Shown: one piece after another, positions 16,137 through 27,797 of the stretch
Numbering within the stretch: the stretch's first letter is position 1
Layout of the letters: every line of letters begins with the position of its first letter
Assembly: GCA_964016885.1 (NCBI GenBank)
Contig: OZ024741.1
Span: forward strand, 167,648,001-167,712,000
Direction: 5' to 3'
DNA from: Eledone cirrhosa
Lineage: Eukaryota
DNA length: 64,000 nucleotides
Notes under the pieces: generated by a model
Seen by the model: only the letters and a program-made list of their open reading frames with translations
Told to the model about the DNA's origin: nothing
Database searches by the model: none
Translations under genes and position numbers: made by a program

Positions 16137-16850
16137 TAACTCTATTGTTACCATATTTCTAATGAAAGATTACTGCTTATTATTTTCAAATCATTATAGG
16201 GCGGTGGATAGGCAGTATCGGTAAAGCGTCAGACACCATGCTTTGCTGGATAGAGTTACGGCCCTTTACAGCCTGAGTTCAAATTCTGCCGAGGTTAACT
16301 TTGCCTTTCATCCTTACGAGGTCGATAAAATAGAGCACCAGTAACGTACTGGGGTCGATTTAATCGACTTTCTCCTCCCCCCAAATTACTGGCCTTGTGC
16401 CTATACTAGAAAGCATTATTTTCAAATAATTTGAAATCAAACAATTTGGACGGATTAAGTAGTATTACTAACCCTCTAATTAGTAAGCTGGTGTTTGGTG
16501 CATAAATTAAGAAAGTTCTTATATAAAATTATGATGGAAGGTTTTTAGATAAATTTAAACAATAAAAAAAGAAACAGTCTTGTATTGTAGAACCAAGCCA
16601 GTTCGAAGCAGTTTGGTATAAAAAGGTTAACCCTTTCATGACTGTATTTCTAATGAAAGACACTATTTCAATTAATGAAACATTTTGAGAGATATACTAA
16701 AATTATTATTTCATTAAGTTAGTAATGTAACATGGTTCTTATACAAAATTGTGTTGCAAAATTTTGATTTAAATAGAAACTTTTTAATATTGGGGATTTT
16801 GTTTCATTAGATTAAAGAAGGATTGGGCTGTGTTGGTATCAAAAGGCTTA
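16137..16850. mobile_element. Two tandem degenerate piggyBac-like MITEs (TTAA-bounded) sharing the TTAA at 16627-16630
   Basis: ttaactctattgttaccatatttctaatgaaaga...ggtataaaaaggttaa followed by ccctttcatgactgtatttctaatgaaaga...ggtatcaaaaggcttaa; the two units are mutually similar; a related copy lies at ~46227-46424. Confidence 0.55.
16198..16420 (+). mobile_element. tRNA-derived SINE with Meta/MESC-like central domain
   Basis: B-box gagttcaaattc; core gcctttcatccttacgaggtcgataaaatagagcaccag; flanking direct repeat attattttcaaat (16179-16191 and 16415-16427); further copies at 49273, 56520 and 57481. Confidence 0.8.
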
Positions 16851-17040
16851 AATAACCCAATTTCATATTTTAGCTTATAAATATTATAGCTTGAAAATAT
16901 TAATTATGTATCATTATAGAAAACCTAATGAATTTTTGCACAATAAAACAATAAAGTTATAAATCTAAAATTACTTTTGTTAACTGATTTTGCATTTTTA
17001 GGCTATTTATACCAACTCTCTCTATCTGACTATATATATA

Positions 17041-17338
17041 TGTGTTAGGTAATTCCAAAGGAAAAACAAAGGAAAAAAGAGTGCTCTACGTATAGAATAG
17101 TGCTATTTAATTAGAAAGTGAACAACACAAAATATAACTACTCCATTACCAAAGGTTTCTGGATCACAGACGATAATATACATCTGGATCGTTCGTCAGA
17201 CAGATGTTATAGATAAAAGATATCTTTTATCTATAACATCTCTGTCTGACGAACGATCCAGACGTATATTATTATTGTCTGTGATCCAGAAACCTTTGGT
17301 AATGGAGTAGTTATATTTTGTGTTGTTCACTTTCTAAT
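17041..17338. mobile_element. Foldback (palindromic) hammerhead-bearing mini-element, PLE pLTR-like, with left-side tail
   Basis: Arms 17110-17221 / 17222-17338 with no loop (centre gatatc); unpaired tail 17041-17109; abuts (TA)n. Confidence 0.85.
17232..17315 (+). ncRNA. Type I hammerhead ribozyme (mirror copy on - strand ~17133-17211)
   Basis: Stem I CUCUGU/AUGGAG plus UAUAAC/GUUAUA; core CUGACGA (17246) ... GAAA (17289); stem II gauc-cagac/gucug-gauc; stem III ACC-uuu-GGU; cleavage triplet GUA at 17299-17301. Confidence 0.8.
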
Positions 17339-17448
17339 ATATATTAATAAAAGGAATTCCAACTTTGTCTGATTTACTCGTTTTATTTACAATCCTTTAA
17401 AATAATGATATTATAATGAAATAGTATGGTAGAATATTAAATGTTAAT

Positions 17449-17487
17449 TGGACAACTACTTTCATGGTTTCGCAATCTTCAGGTTCA
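17449..17487 (-). ncRNA. Minimal hammerhead motif in the Neptune-like pLTR (mutated copies at 18422-18460 and ~23400-23452)
   Basis: ugaac-CUGAAGA-uugc-GAAA-...; across the copies stem III is AGCAU-gaaa-GUACU and stem I is ugaac/guuca. Confidence 0.55.
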
Positions 17488-17891
17488 TATTCAGTGGTGA
17501 CAGTCAAGTTTGCAATTTTCAACTGTAATGAGATGGCTAAAATATGTGCCTTATATACAGTAAAAAGGGGCTACAGAATGCTAAGTTTTGCAAACTGTAT
17601 TTCGACCAATCGGTGTGTGGTTTCACTAGATTACTAAAGCTGATTGGTTTAGGCGTCACAGTTGGTTGAGCATGTCTAATGACTACTAATTGACCCTATC
17701 CAAAGCATCAATTGTTTTGCTATTTTTAGAAATGATGAAAATAGCATTTTCTAGGGTTTTTGTAAAAATTCTTCAGTAATCATCAACATCAACATCACTT
17801 TTATTATTATTATTGTTGTTGTTGTTGTCAGTGGTGGTAGTCGACATGGTCGTAGGCGTAGTCATAGTAGAAGTAATACCACTAAGCATTA

Positions 17892-18312
17892 TTATTGTTC
17901 ATTTAGCTTGGGTTGGAATTTATCAATAAAATTCTTTTCTTTAATGTTTCTCTTGATTTCACTTGGGCTGTGTAGTTTGTCGACTGGAAATATTATAAAT
18001 ATTTTCTGACCATATGTTGCTAGATGGTTACTCAGGGGTATCTGACGGACATTTGGGTCTTTGATTTGCTGTCGGTGCACCCGTGCACGTTCTGATAGTG
18101 CATTTCCAGTTTGACCGACATATAGTTCTTCACAATTCGGGCATTTAATGCAGTGAATTACATTTCTGCTTTTGCAGTTCATATTTGCATTTGGGAATAT
18201 TTTTCCAGTTTTTGTGTTCATATATTGACCAGTATGTATGAACTGACATGTACCACATCGACTATCATTGAATTTAGATACAGTGAATAATTGGTCTTTG
18301 TTGGTAAGGTCA
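17892..18312 (-). pseudogene. PLE GIY-YIG endonuclease fragment with upstream CxxC linker
   Basis: RCGTC...NCKSRNVIHCIKCPNCEELYVGQTGNALSERARVH...H...KEKNFIDKFQPKLN; the N-terminal part of the ORF-track call (18313-18461) is merely the inverted pLTR. Confidence 0.85.
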
Positions 18313-18317
18313 AACCG

Positions 18318-18380
18318 ATTGGTCGAAATACAGTTTGCAAAACTTAGCATTCTGTAGCCACTTTTTACTGTATATAAGGC
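18318..18380 (+). promoter_or_regulatory. Putative pLTR Pol II promoter (reverse CCAAT plus TATA box) upstream of the hammerhead motif
   Basis: attgg at 18318 and tatataagg at 18371; same arrangement in the 23239-23340 copy (aaccaatcag, gattgg, tatataaggc). Confidence 0.4.
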
Positions 18381-18672
18381 ACATATTTTAAAATTGCAAA
18401 CTTGACTGTCACTACTGAATATGAACCTGAAGATTGCAAAAGCATGAATGTACTTGTTCAATTAACATTTAACACTTAATATTCTACCATACTATTTCAT
18501 TATAATATCATTATAATTTTAAAGGTTTGTAAATAAAATAAGTAAATCAGACAAAGTTGGAATTCCTTTTATTAATATAATCTTCTATACACCCGTGTTT
18601 ATTTATTTATATATATATATATATATAGTGACGAAACATAAGTCAATTGCATGAACTCATAATCCTTTATTT

Positions 18673-18728
18673 ACTACTATATATATTTCGATGATAGCCA
18701 TTGAATGGCTATGACCTCATCAGGCAGT
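18673..18728 (-). ncRNA. Type I hammerhead ribozyme in a TA-bounded pLTR-like segment (18627-18915)
   Basis: ACUGC-CUGAUGA-gguc-AUAGCCA-uucaa-UGGCUAU-cauc-GAAA-UAUAU-AUA-GUAGU; stem I ACUGC/GUAGU; self-complementary stem III AUAUAUAU. Confidence 0.8.
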
Positions 18729-19040
18729 TCTTAGATATGCCAGCTCTGTGTTTATAGTGTTGATGGTATCAGAGCCTTGGGACATATGAACTTGTTAGGA
18801 ATAATTTAATGTTGTCAGCAGGAATAGTCTTGATTCTCATTGTCAGTTTGAAGATGGTAGTAGGGTTGGTATTTGACCTCAAAAAGGCAGGTGGTTCTGT
18901 AAAGTTCAAACCATCTATATATATCCATATATATAAATATATGAATGAAGTAATTCCGTCGGAAAGGTACAGGAAAAAAGAGTGCTCTATGTAGGCTACA
19001 GAGTTTATTAGTTATGTAATAAACAACATAAGATAATTAT

Positions 19041-19101
19041 TTCATTTACCAGTGGTTTCTTGAAAGCAGATGTTGCATCTGTTTTCAGTCGTCAGAATGA
19101 A
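19041..19101 (-). ncRNA. Type I hammerhead ribozyme near the 3' end of a PLE-like segment ending at ~18942
   Basis: UUCAUU-CUGACGA-c-ugaaaacagaug-caa-caucugcuuuca-a-GAAAC-cacug-GUA-AAUGAA; perfect stem I; downstream tail homologous to 17041-17110. Confidence 0.82.
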
Positions 19102-19571
19102 TAAAAAACATGGTGTTTTTATTAAATATGGATTTTAAAACAAAATTTAAGTAATATGAAAGTGAGGGTGAGAAAAAATCGGGCGAATAAGAAGAGGGGA
19201 AAAAATATAAAAAAATATATATATATAAACAATAAATATCCAGAACATAAACATACACACACTCAACCACGCGCATATACTTAAAAAGTATGTAGACATA
19301 TACTTTTTCACATAAGCGTATATGCGTCTACAGACAGGGACATAAATACATACACATACATGAAGTAATAAGAATAAATAAATAAATGAATAAGAACAAA
19401 AAATACAAAGTCAAAAACAAAATAAAGACAAAAGGATATGTGTTGACAACGATAAGTATGAGTGTGTGTGTGTGGGGGGGGGGGATAAAAACAACTTGAA
19501 AATAAACAAATACATGAGATGTGCATATACATAAATATATATATAAAAAAAATATATATATATATATATAT

Positions 19572-19969
19572 GTAAAAGTTCTATTTAAATTGTTGGGATG
19601 CAACAAGCAAATATTTTTATAACTGATATAAAGCACTCAACAAATAATTGCAGTAAAAATACGATATTAACAAATGGAAACTATATTTATAAAACCATAT
19701 TTATTTCATTATACATATTTCAAGGACACCAAGTTAAATTATGGTGTGCTTTCAGCAGATAAAATATAATATAGATCAGTTTTATAAATAAATATTGACA
19801 TACCCTTAAAGAATGGTTGCATTCTTTAAGGGTATGTCAATATTTATTTATAAAACTGCTCTATATTATATTTTATCTGCTGAAAGCACACCATAATTTA
19901 ACTTGTCCTTGAAATATGTATAATGAAATAAATATGGTTTTATAAATATAGTTTCCATTTGTTAATATC

Positions 19970-19973
<4 letters not shown>
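19572..19973. mobile_element. Foldback hammerhead-bearing mini-element with left tail, between (TA)n tracts
   Basis: Arms 19659-19815 / 19820-19973 with a 4-nt loop; each arm has UAUUUUAU-CUGCUGA-stem II-GAAA-UAUGU-AUA-AUGAAAUA; tail 19572-19658. Confidence 0.8.
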
Positions 19974-20008
<35 letters not shown>

Positions 20009-20524
20009 CATACATACACACGCGCAAACACATAAACATGCATAAAAACTCATACACACGTATAAAAACACATACACATATGTTTATCTATATATATACA
20101 CACACAAAAATATAAAATAAACATACGTACACATCCACATACACATGCATGCAAAAATACATATACACATACACACGCATACACATGTATATATAAACAT
20201 GCATACAACCAAATATACATACACATCCACATACATACACATAAAACCCTACAATAAAGAGCATTGGTTCATAACCTATGTACATATGTATACAAATGTG
20301 TGCGCGCACGCACACGTAATAATAAATCAACACACGCATACAAAAAAACCATACGTAAATCCATACACACAAAAAAACCCATATATACAAAAGCATACAC
20401 ACATATATATGACACACGTGCATATAACCATATATAAATATAATATAAGCATAAATAAACACACATATATATATATATATACACACATATATATATATAT
20501 ATACACACATACATACATACACAT

Positions 20525-20584
<60 letters not shown>

Positions 20585-20620
20585 GCACGCATACACACAT
20601 ATACACACACATACAAATAA
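19973..20620. repeat. (TA)n/(CA)n/(TACA)n compound microsatellite region
   Basis: Direct reading; source of the YI/HT/CV low-complexity ORFs. Confidence 0.9.
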
Positions 20621-21061
20621 ATAATCAAAATACTATAAATGTATGTACACATAAGCTGTCTGCATATGCGCCCGCACACAACCCTATGTGAGTACATTAA
20701 AAAACTTAGTGGGTTAGTAAGGACAAAAAGGGAGTAAAATTGAAATAAAATAATAAACACAATTATTAAGAACAGGTAAGGAAAAAAAGGTTTGTGATGA
20801 GATCTAGATAAGAGTATCTGGTTAAAAAGTGAACTGAGTAAATGATAAAGGTGGTGGGTGTGTATGTGTAAAAGGTAAGGTAGATTAGGGGGGATTATAA
20901 GTCAACTGAAAAAAATTTGATAAAAATAAAAGGAAAAAGATAAAAATAAAGAGATATATAGAAGGAGATGAGGGAGAAAAAGTATATATGGGTAGGAAGT
21001 ATGAGTTCATAAGGTAATAATATTTGTGGTGAGTGGAAGGCGTGGTGAGTAAAGAAGAAGC

Positions 21062-21950
21062 TCAAGGTGGTTGAGTAATCGTAGGAATGTTAATCCAGTT
21101 AAAAAGTAGATGCGATTTCAGATGCGGACAACATCTGAAGATCTCGGTCTTAGAGTTGAAGCAAGTGGAAGGGGCTTTCAAGTTTTGGAAAATTCTAAAT
21201 TTTTCCGTGGTGCACAAAGAACATTTCTTTGTGCCCCTTTGGTATTCTCTTGAATGGTTTAAAATAGACAAATAGTGTACGGAATGTTTTTGTCTTTGAA
21301 CTCCCACACTTTATTTGCAAGCGCTGTTGCTGTTCTTTTTTCAGGGTGTTTGAAAGAAGCGACATGTGCATAATACCTGGTTTTGAATCTGTCCTGAGTC
21401 ATGCCAACATTTTTGTTTGGTTTAGTGTTTAAGTAAAATTGTTTATTGTTATAATTAATTCTAGGATGATTTGTCATGTTATTGTTATCTATGTATTTAA
21501 ATCTATTCGAGTATCCTGCTCTATATAAAGCTTCATTGTAATATTCTGCCTTATCCTCAAAAATATTTTTATTAGCAGAGATGCGTGAAATCCGTTGTTG
21601 GACGCTATTGACAATAGTGTTTTTTTATATATCTAGGATGATTTGAATTGAAACTTACGTAATTTAGATTTTCGTTAATTTTATGGAATGGATAGTAAAG
21701 ACCTCTGCTAAGGTTTAAGGTTACATCTAAGAAGTTAACGATTTTGTAATTATTCTCGATTTCTAAATTAAGGTTGTAGTTGTTGAAAAATTGTATTATG
21801 GATTTCCTTTTCCTATTAATTTCACTATTGCTATGGTTTTCAATTAAAAGTAACATATCATCACGATATAAACCTCCAGTCATCTCTGGCATTTTCCTAT
21901 GCAGTACATTATTAATAAATAATCCAACGAGGTCCATTACTTGTGCCGAA
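21062..21950 (-). mobile_element. Frameshifted Penelope-like element RT + GIY-YIG remnant (Naiad-like)
   Basis: RT motifs SAQVMDLVGLFI...GGLYRDDML...VNFLDVTLNL...SNHP; endonuclease VGMTQDRFKTRYYAH...TALANKVWEFK and C-terminal CSLCTTEK...NSKTEIFRCCPH. PLE call is solid; the subgroup is from motif memory. Confidence 0.8.
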
Positions 21951-22213
21951 ACGTTTTTTCTGTTCATTGCCAGAGAACGTCTCTATGAACCACCTAAGGG
22001 AATATTAGTCTACGACTTCTTTTATACCATAAACGTGGTTCTGTCTTTGTGTGTAATTGTTTTTCACTGCTCCAAAGAATGAGGTATTATATTCGTTTTT
22101 ACCCGTTCTTTGCCAGGGACCGTTTCCACGAACCAAAGTATCGTCTTCCTGTCTTCCTCCGGTTGCAACGTTTTTTGAAATATTCACTTCTGCATTCACA
22201 GATTGACTTTGTT

Positions 22214-22264
22214 AGTTTCAGAAGATCCCGTTAAGGGTGAAAGCAGCGATTCTTTGCTTAAACT
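22214..22264 (+). ncRNA. Type I hammerhead ribozyme with one core change (CAGAAGA)
   Basis: AGUUU-CAGAAGA-uCCC-guuaa-GGGu-GAAA-GCA...UGC-UU-AAACU; stems I, II and III all pair; (TA)n starts ~20 nt downstream. Confidence 0.65.
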
Positions 22265-22284
22265 TTAATCTGTTATTTTAATAA

Positions 22285-22410
22285 ATATATATATATATAT
22301 ATACATCTATATATATACATCTATATATATTTATATATATATATACATATATATATATATACATCTATATATATTTACATCTATATATATATATCTTTAT
22401 ATATATATAT
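22285..22410. repeat. (TA)n microsatellite with CATCTA interruptions
   Basis: Same interrupted motif recurs at 23563-23922. Confidence 0.9.
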
Positions 22411-22857
22411 TAGAAGGTGTCATACCAAAAGATTGGTGCAGTAGCATCATTGTCAACTGCTACAAAGGTAAAGGTGATGCACTAGATAGAGGAAACTATA
22501 GAGGTATAAAGCTGATGGACCAGGTCATGAAAGTAACAGAAAGTTATAACACAGTTGATTAGGGACCGGGTGAAACTAGATGAGATGCAATTTGGGTTTG
22601 TACCAGGAAGAGGCACCACTGATGCCCTCTTCCTTGTGAGGCAGTTACAGGAAAAGTACCTAGCTAAAAGTAAGCCACTCTACCTGACATTCGTCGATCT
22701 CGATAAAGCCTTTGACAGAGTTACCCGTGCTATAATCTGGTGGGCTCTTAGAAAACTAGGAGTAGATGAATGTCTTGTGATAGCTGTACAAGCCATGTAT
22801 AGGGGAGCAGTCAGCAAAGTTAGGATTAGCAATGAGTATAGCGAGGAATTTAGCGTA
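22411..22857 (+). mobile_element. RTE-clade LINE internal RT fragment
   Basis: [27 protein letters not shown]...FVDLDKAFDRV...ALRKLGVDE. Confidence 0.92.
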
Positions 22858-23058
22858 TCACCATCAACATCACTTTTATTATTATTGTTGTTGTTGTTGT
22901 TGTTGTTAGTGGTCGTAGTCATAGTCATAGTAGGATATCCCATTATTATTGTTCATTTAGCTTGGGTTTGAATTTATCAATAAAATTTATTGATAAATTC
23001 AAACCCAAGCTAAATGAACAATAATAACTATCCTACTATGACTATGACTACGACCACT

Positions 23059-23094
<36 letters not shown>

Positions 23095-23562
23095 AATAAT
23101 AATAATAAAAGTGATGTTGATAGTGATGATTACTAGAAAATGCTATTTTCATCATTTCTAAAAATAGCAAAACAATTGATGCTTTGGATAGGGTCAATTA
23201 GTAGTCATTAGACATGCTCAACCAACCGTGACGCCTAAACCAATCAGCTTTAGTAATCCAGTGAAACTACACACTGATTGGTCGAAATACAGTTTGCAAG
23301 ATTTAGCATTCTGGAGCCACTATTCACTGTATATAAGGCACAAAATTTACCCATCTCATCACAGTTGAAAATTACAAACTTGACTGTCACCACACATTAT
23401 GAACCAATTATGAAAATTGCGAAAATTGCGAAAGCATGAAAGTACTTGTTCAATTAACATTTAATATTCTACCATACTATTTCATTCTAATACCATTATA
23501 AATTTTAAAGGATTGTAAATAAAACGAGTAAATCAGACAAGGTTGGAATTCCTTTTATTAAT

Positions 23563-23563
<1 letters not shown>
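22857..23563 (+). mobile_element. Second Neptune-like PLE 3' end, folded back at ~22985
   Basis: 22987-23563 matches the reverse complement of 17341-17930; 22857-22983 is its inverted copy. Confidence 0.85.
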
Positions 23564-23921
<358 letters not shown>

Positions 23922-23922
<1 letters not shown>

Positions 23923-25103
23923 ATACCTGACACAAACCCAAACTGCATTTCATCGAGATCAATTCGCTCCCTGATTAGTTGCGCTATAACTCTTTCTGTG
24001 ACCTTCATGACCTGGTCAACTAACTTAATGCCTCTATAGTTTCCCCTATCTAGAGCATCCTCTTTACCCTTGTAGCAGTTAATGATGATGCTGCTATGCC
24101 AGTCTTTCGGTGTGACCCCATTCTGGTTAACTATACGGATGACCATAGTATGTCCCACCATTCCAGATGCCTTCAACATCTCAGCAACTATCTCCGAAGG
24201 CCCAGCTGCCTTGCCTGTCTTCATATCTTTGATTGCCTTACTTATTATACTACCTTTAACTTGCACCGCTGGTCCTTCTATTGGATCGATTTGGGGCAGA
24301 CTATCTTTTTCCCATTTATTCTCCTCATTTAATAGTCTCTCGTAGTGACACTTCCAGGCTATCTTCTTATCATTATTAGTGAGGGCAAGTACACCATTAT
24401 CATTATGGACACACTTCTCCCCGACAATATCATGGTTTTCCTTGACACATTGTCTAGCAATCCTGAGCACCTCACGTTTTTGGTCGTCACGTTGTAGAAC
24501 ATGCTTGAACTTTCTTTCCTCTGCTTCCCTTCTTGCAAAGTACACTTGTCTCCTAGCTTCCCTCCTGGCCACTTGATAATCTTCTCTACTTCCCCCATCC
24601 CGCCATGCTTTCCAAGCCTGCTTTTTGGCCTTGATTGACCTCTCCACCTTACTGTTCCACCACCAAGTTACTCTCCTCCTGCCTATAGGCCTGCTCCAGC
24701 CACAGGTTTCATCTGTCGCCTTTAGCAGGTTAGCTTTCAGGAATTCCTACTGTTCCTCTATATTGTACGACTCTAATTACTCTTCCTTACTATCAAAAGC
24801 ATCAAGTAATATGCTTTTAAATTTATGACTGGCTGTGGGGTCCTTTAATTTCCATATTTTTCTCCTGAGGATAGTCCTCTTCTGTTGTCGAATACGTCTC
24901 ATCCTGACTATGAGGTCGCTAATTATGAGTCTATGTTGAGACGTGCATTCTTCATGGGGGAGGGATTTAGTGTTTACAACAGACACTCTGTCACGTCTTC
25001 TGGTAAGGATATAATCTACCTGGCTTGTGTGTTCCCCCGATCTATAGGTGATCAAGTGATTGTCTCGTTTTTTGAAGTTAGTGTTACAGATAGTTAGGTT
25101 ATT
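23922..25103 (-). mobile_element. RTE LINE fragment (AP-endonuclease C-terminus to RT N-terminus)
   Basis: NTNFKKRDNHLITYRSG..SQVDYIL...SQHRLII; [10 protein letters not shown]...[17 protein letters not shown]...QFGF. Confidence 0.93.
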
Positions 25104-25115
25104 TATATACATATA

Positions 25116-25156
<41 letters not shown>

Positions 25157-26356
25157 ATATATTTATATATATATATATATATATATAAACATATATTTAT
25201 ATATATATATATATATATAAACATATATTTATATATATATATATATAAACATATATTTGTATATATATATATATAGTTAGAGAAGCAAAAAATTGCTTAT
25301 TGTGTTCCAGTTTACTGCTATTTGCAGTATAGCAATATAAGGTTGCACTTACCAATGAAACGGTCGTAAATACCTAGATAAAATCCTTCTCTTAATGCTT
25401 ACCTGTGTTTTCTCTTTTATCTATATATATATAAACATATTTATGTATATATATATATAAATATGTGTATATATATATATATATATAAACATATATTTAT
25501 AAACATATATTTTTATATATATATATGTATATATAAACATATTTATATATATATAAACATATATTTTTATATATATATATATAAACATATATTTATATAT
25601 ATATAAACATATATTTATATATATATATAAACATATATTTATATATATATATATAAACATATATTTCTGTATATATATAAACATATATTTATGTATATAT
25701 ATATATATATAAATATGTGTATATATATATATAAATAAACATATATTTATGTGTATATATATATATAAATAAACATATATTTATGTGTATATATATATAT
25801 AAATATGTGTATCATCATCATCATCATTTTACGTCCGCTTTTCCCTGCTTGCAAGGGTGGGACGGGAATTGATTCTGGCTTGATTTCTACAGCTGGATGC
25901 CCTTCCTAACACCAACCTCATTTACAGTGAGTGCTGGGTGCTTTTTTTGCCGTGGCACCTCCACGACCACTTTACAGTGGAATGATAGGGACCCCAGTCC
26001 CTATCATCTCATTTCTACAGCTGAGTAAACTGGAGCAATGTGAAATAAAGTGTCTTGCTCAAGGAAACAACACATCACCCGGTCTGAGAATTGAACTCAC
26101 AACCTTTCGATTGCAAGGCCAACGCTCTAACCACTAAGCCATGTGCCTCCATATATATATATATATATATAAATATGTGTATATATATATATAAACATAT
26201 ATTTATGTATATATATATATAAATATGTGTATATATATATATATATATAAACATATATTTATGTGTATATATATATATATATAAATATGTGTATATATAT
26301 AAACATATATTTATGTGTATATATATATATAAATATGTGTATATATATATATATAG
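25103..26356. repeat. (TA)n-derived minisatellite (ataaacatatattt / ataaatatgtgt variants) split by two insertions
   Basis: Direct reading; insertions at 25276-25421 and 25812-26151. Confidence 0.88.
25812..26151 (-). mobile_element. tRNA-head, CORE-like SINE with RTE-type 3' tail and (ATG)n end
   Basis: A-box tggcttagtgg, B-box gagttcaattc, ccttgagcaagacactt core, tail gcaagcagggaaaagcggacgtaaaa(tga)n; near-identical copies at 36258, 50122, 58352 and 60203. Confidence 0.9.
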
Positions 26357-27755
26357 ACTTGTGTTCGATCATATTTATAAAACGAAAGACAGCTTTCGAT
26401 CTTAGGAATGCTGAGAGCAATAATCTATATGATTTACAAGCATAATGGAAGAATCTATTACTTGAAAACAAAGAAGGGAATTGGTTTCTCTCTGTATTCA
26501 AATTTTTATTGGACAAATTAATATTACTGGTGGTTGGCAATATTAATCAACCAAATAGCGTGCAGCTTATGGTGTGTGTTCTTAGCTAGACTTTGCGGAA
26601 TATTTATTGTGAATTGGCATTTGTCTCCATTCATAAAGTAATATTGATGGGATAAAAATTAGTTTGGTAATATAATCCAGCTGGGGAAATACTCGGCTAC
26701 CAACATAAACAAATGTTTTAATTCACGAAAAAGACATTTTTCTCGTTCGCCATTTTCCTACAAAATGATATTCGTGGATGTGAAGAATCTCTAAGTCTAA
26801 CGAAATGGAAGCCACCCTATAAGGTATTTAATGCGCCAGCATCTCCCTCTCTCAGTTCATAAAAAAAATAATTTCCGATTCTTTTGAAGGTCATATTTGT
26901 TCAAATGAAAAATGAACTTAACCTCCAAAGCAAGGTGTAATATTGACCCCCACCCAATTAACTCAAAGACGAATAATTCCTGATGGTTTTGAAGGCCGGA
27001 TTCGTTCAGAACATTAAAAAGCAACAGGAAAAAACGAATTTTACCTATAAAGCATGACGGGTGTAATTGTAAAGAAAAATCCGAAGGTAACCTTCCACCA
27101 CCTCCCCAGTTAACTAAAAAAACAAATGATTTTCGACGGTTTTGAAGACCCTATAAATTCGTTCAAAACACTGCTTGGATAACATTTGAGCTTGTTGTGT
27201 TAAGAAATAACGTCGATATGAGCACAGAAATATCTGAATAAAAATAAGTATCATGAGGTAAGATTCATGCATTCTTATCAGTTTAAATATCGGCATTATA
27301 ATTATATTGTAACGCTGATTTGTAATGTATATAATCTCATCGATATGATATTGGAACACACCGATGCTTGAATTTTTTTGGTATTTTACTTAATGTTTCA
27401 AAAATTACCATTGGTATATCACATTTATTTCTTCCCCTACTTTACATATTTTTAAAACTTCAGTAATTGATTTGACAGGGACGTCATTTTCATTTTAGAT
27501 TGACACTTTCATCATTCGTTTAGCATTTTCTTTCCAACCAGAGCATTTTTGTATCTAATCAAAATAAATCTACTTTATAGGGGCAAACTCAGACCAAGTC
27601 AATTGAATTTTTACTTTTAGAGAAGCCATAAACATTGCATAACCCTTCACTTCGAATTTATATTTGAGAAATCAATGCTTTAGTAAAACCATAACAAATC
27701 ATATAACGTGTCTTAATCCATTAAAATGGGAAGTATGTTTAAAGCTGTCGTATTT

Positions 27756-27792
<37 letters not shown>

Positions 27793-27797
<5 letters not shown>

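Larger units (their letters stand above)
17341..18608 (-). mobile_element. 5'-truncated Penelope-like element (Neptune-like) with inverted pseudo-LTR
   Basis: GIY-YIG C-terminus at 17892-18312, then 3' UTR/pLTR to 17341; 17341-17614 is repeated inverted at 18314-18578, followed by a ~30 nt extension and (TA)n. Confidence 0.88.

Noticed and set aside
19085-20760. YI/CV/HT-rich ORFs (also 23543, 25421, 26259, 58131-58890, 62480)
   Set aside because: Translations of (TA)n/(CA)n microsatellites.
25931-26137. Recurrent 60-80 aa ORF ...PIISFLQLSKLEQCEIKCLAQGNN... seen five times
   Set aside because: Antisense reading of SINE copies, not a gene family.
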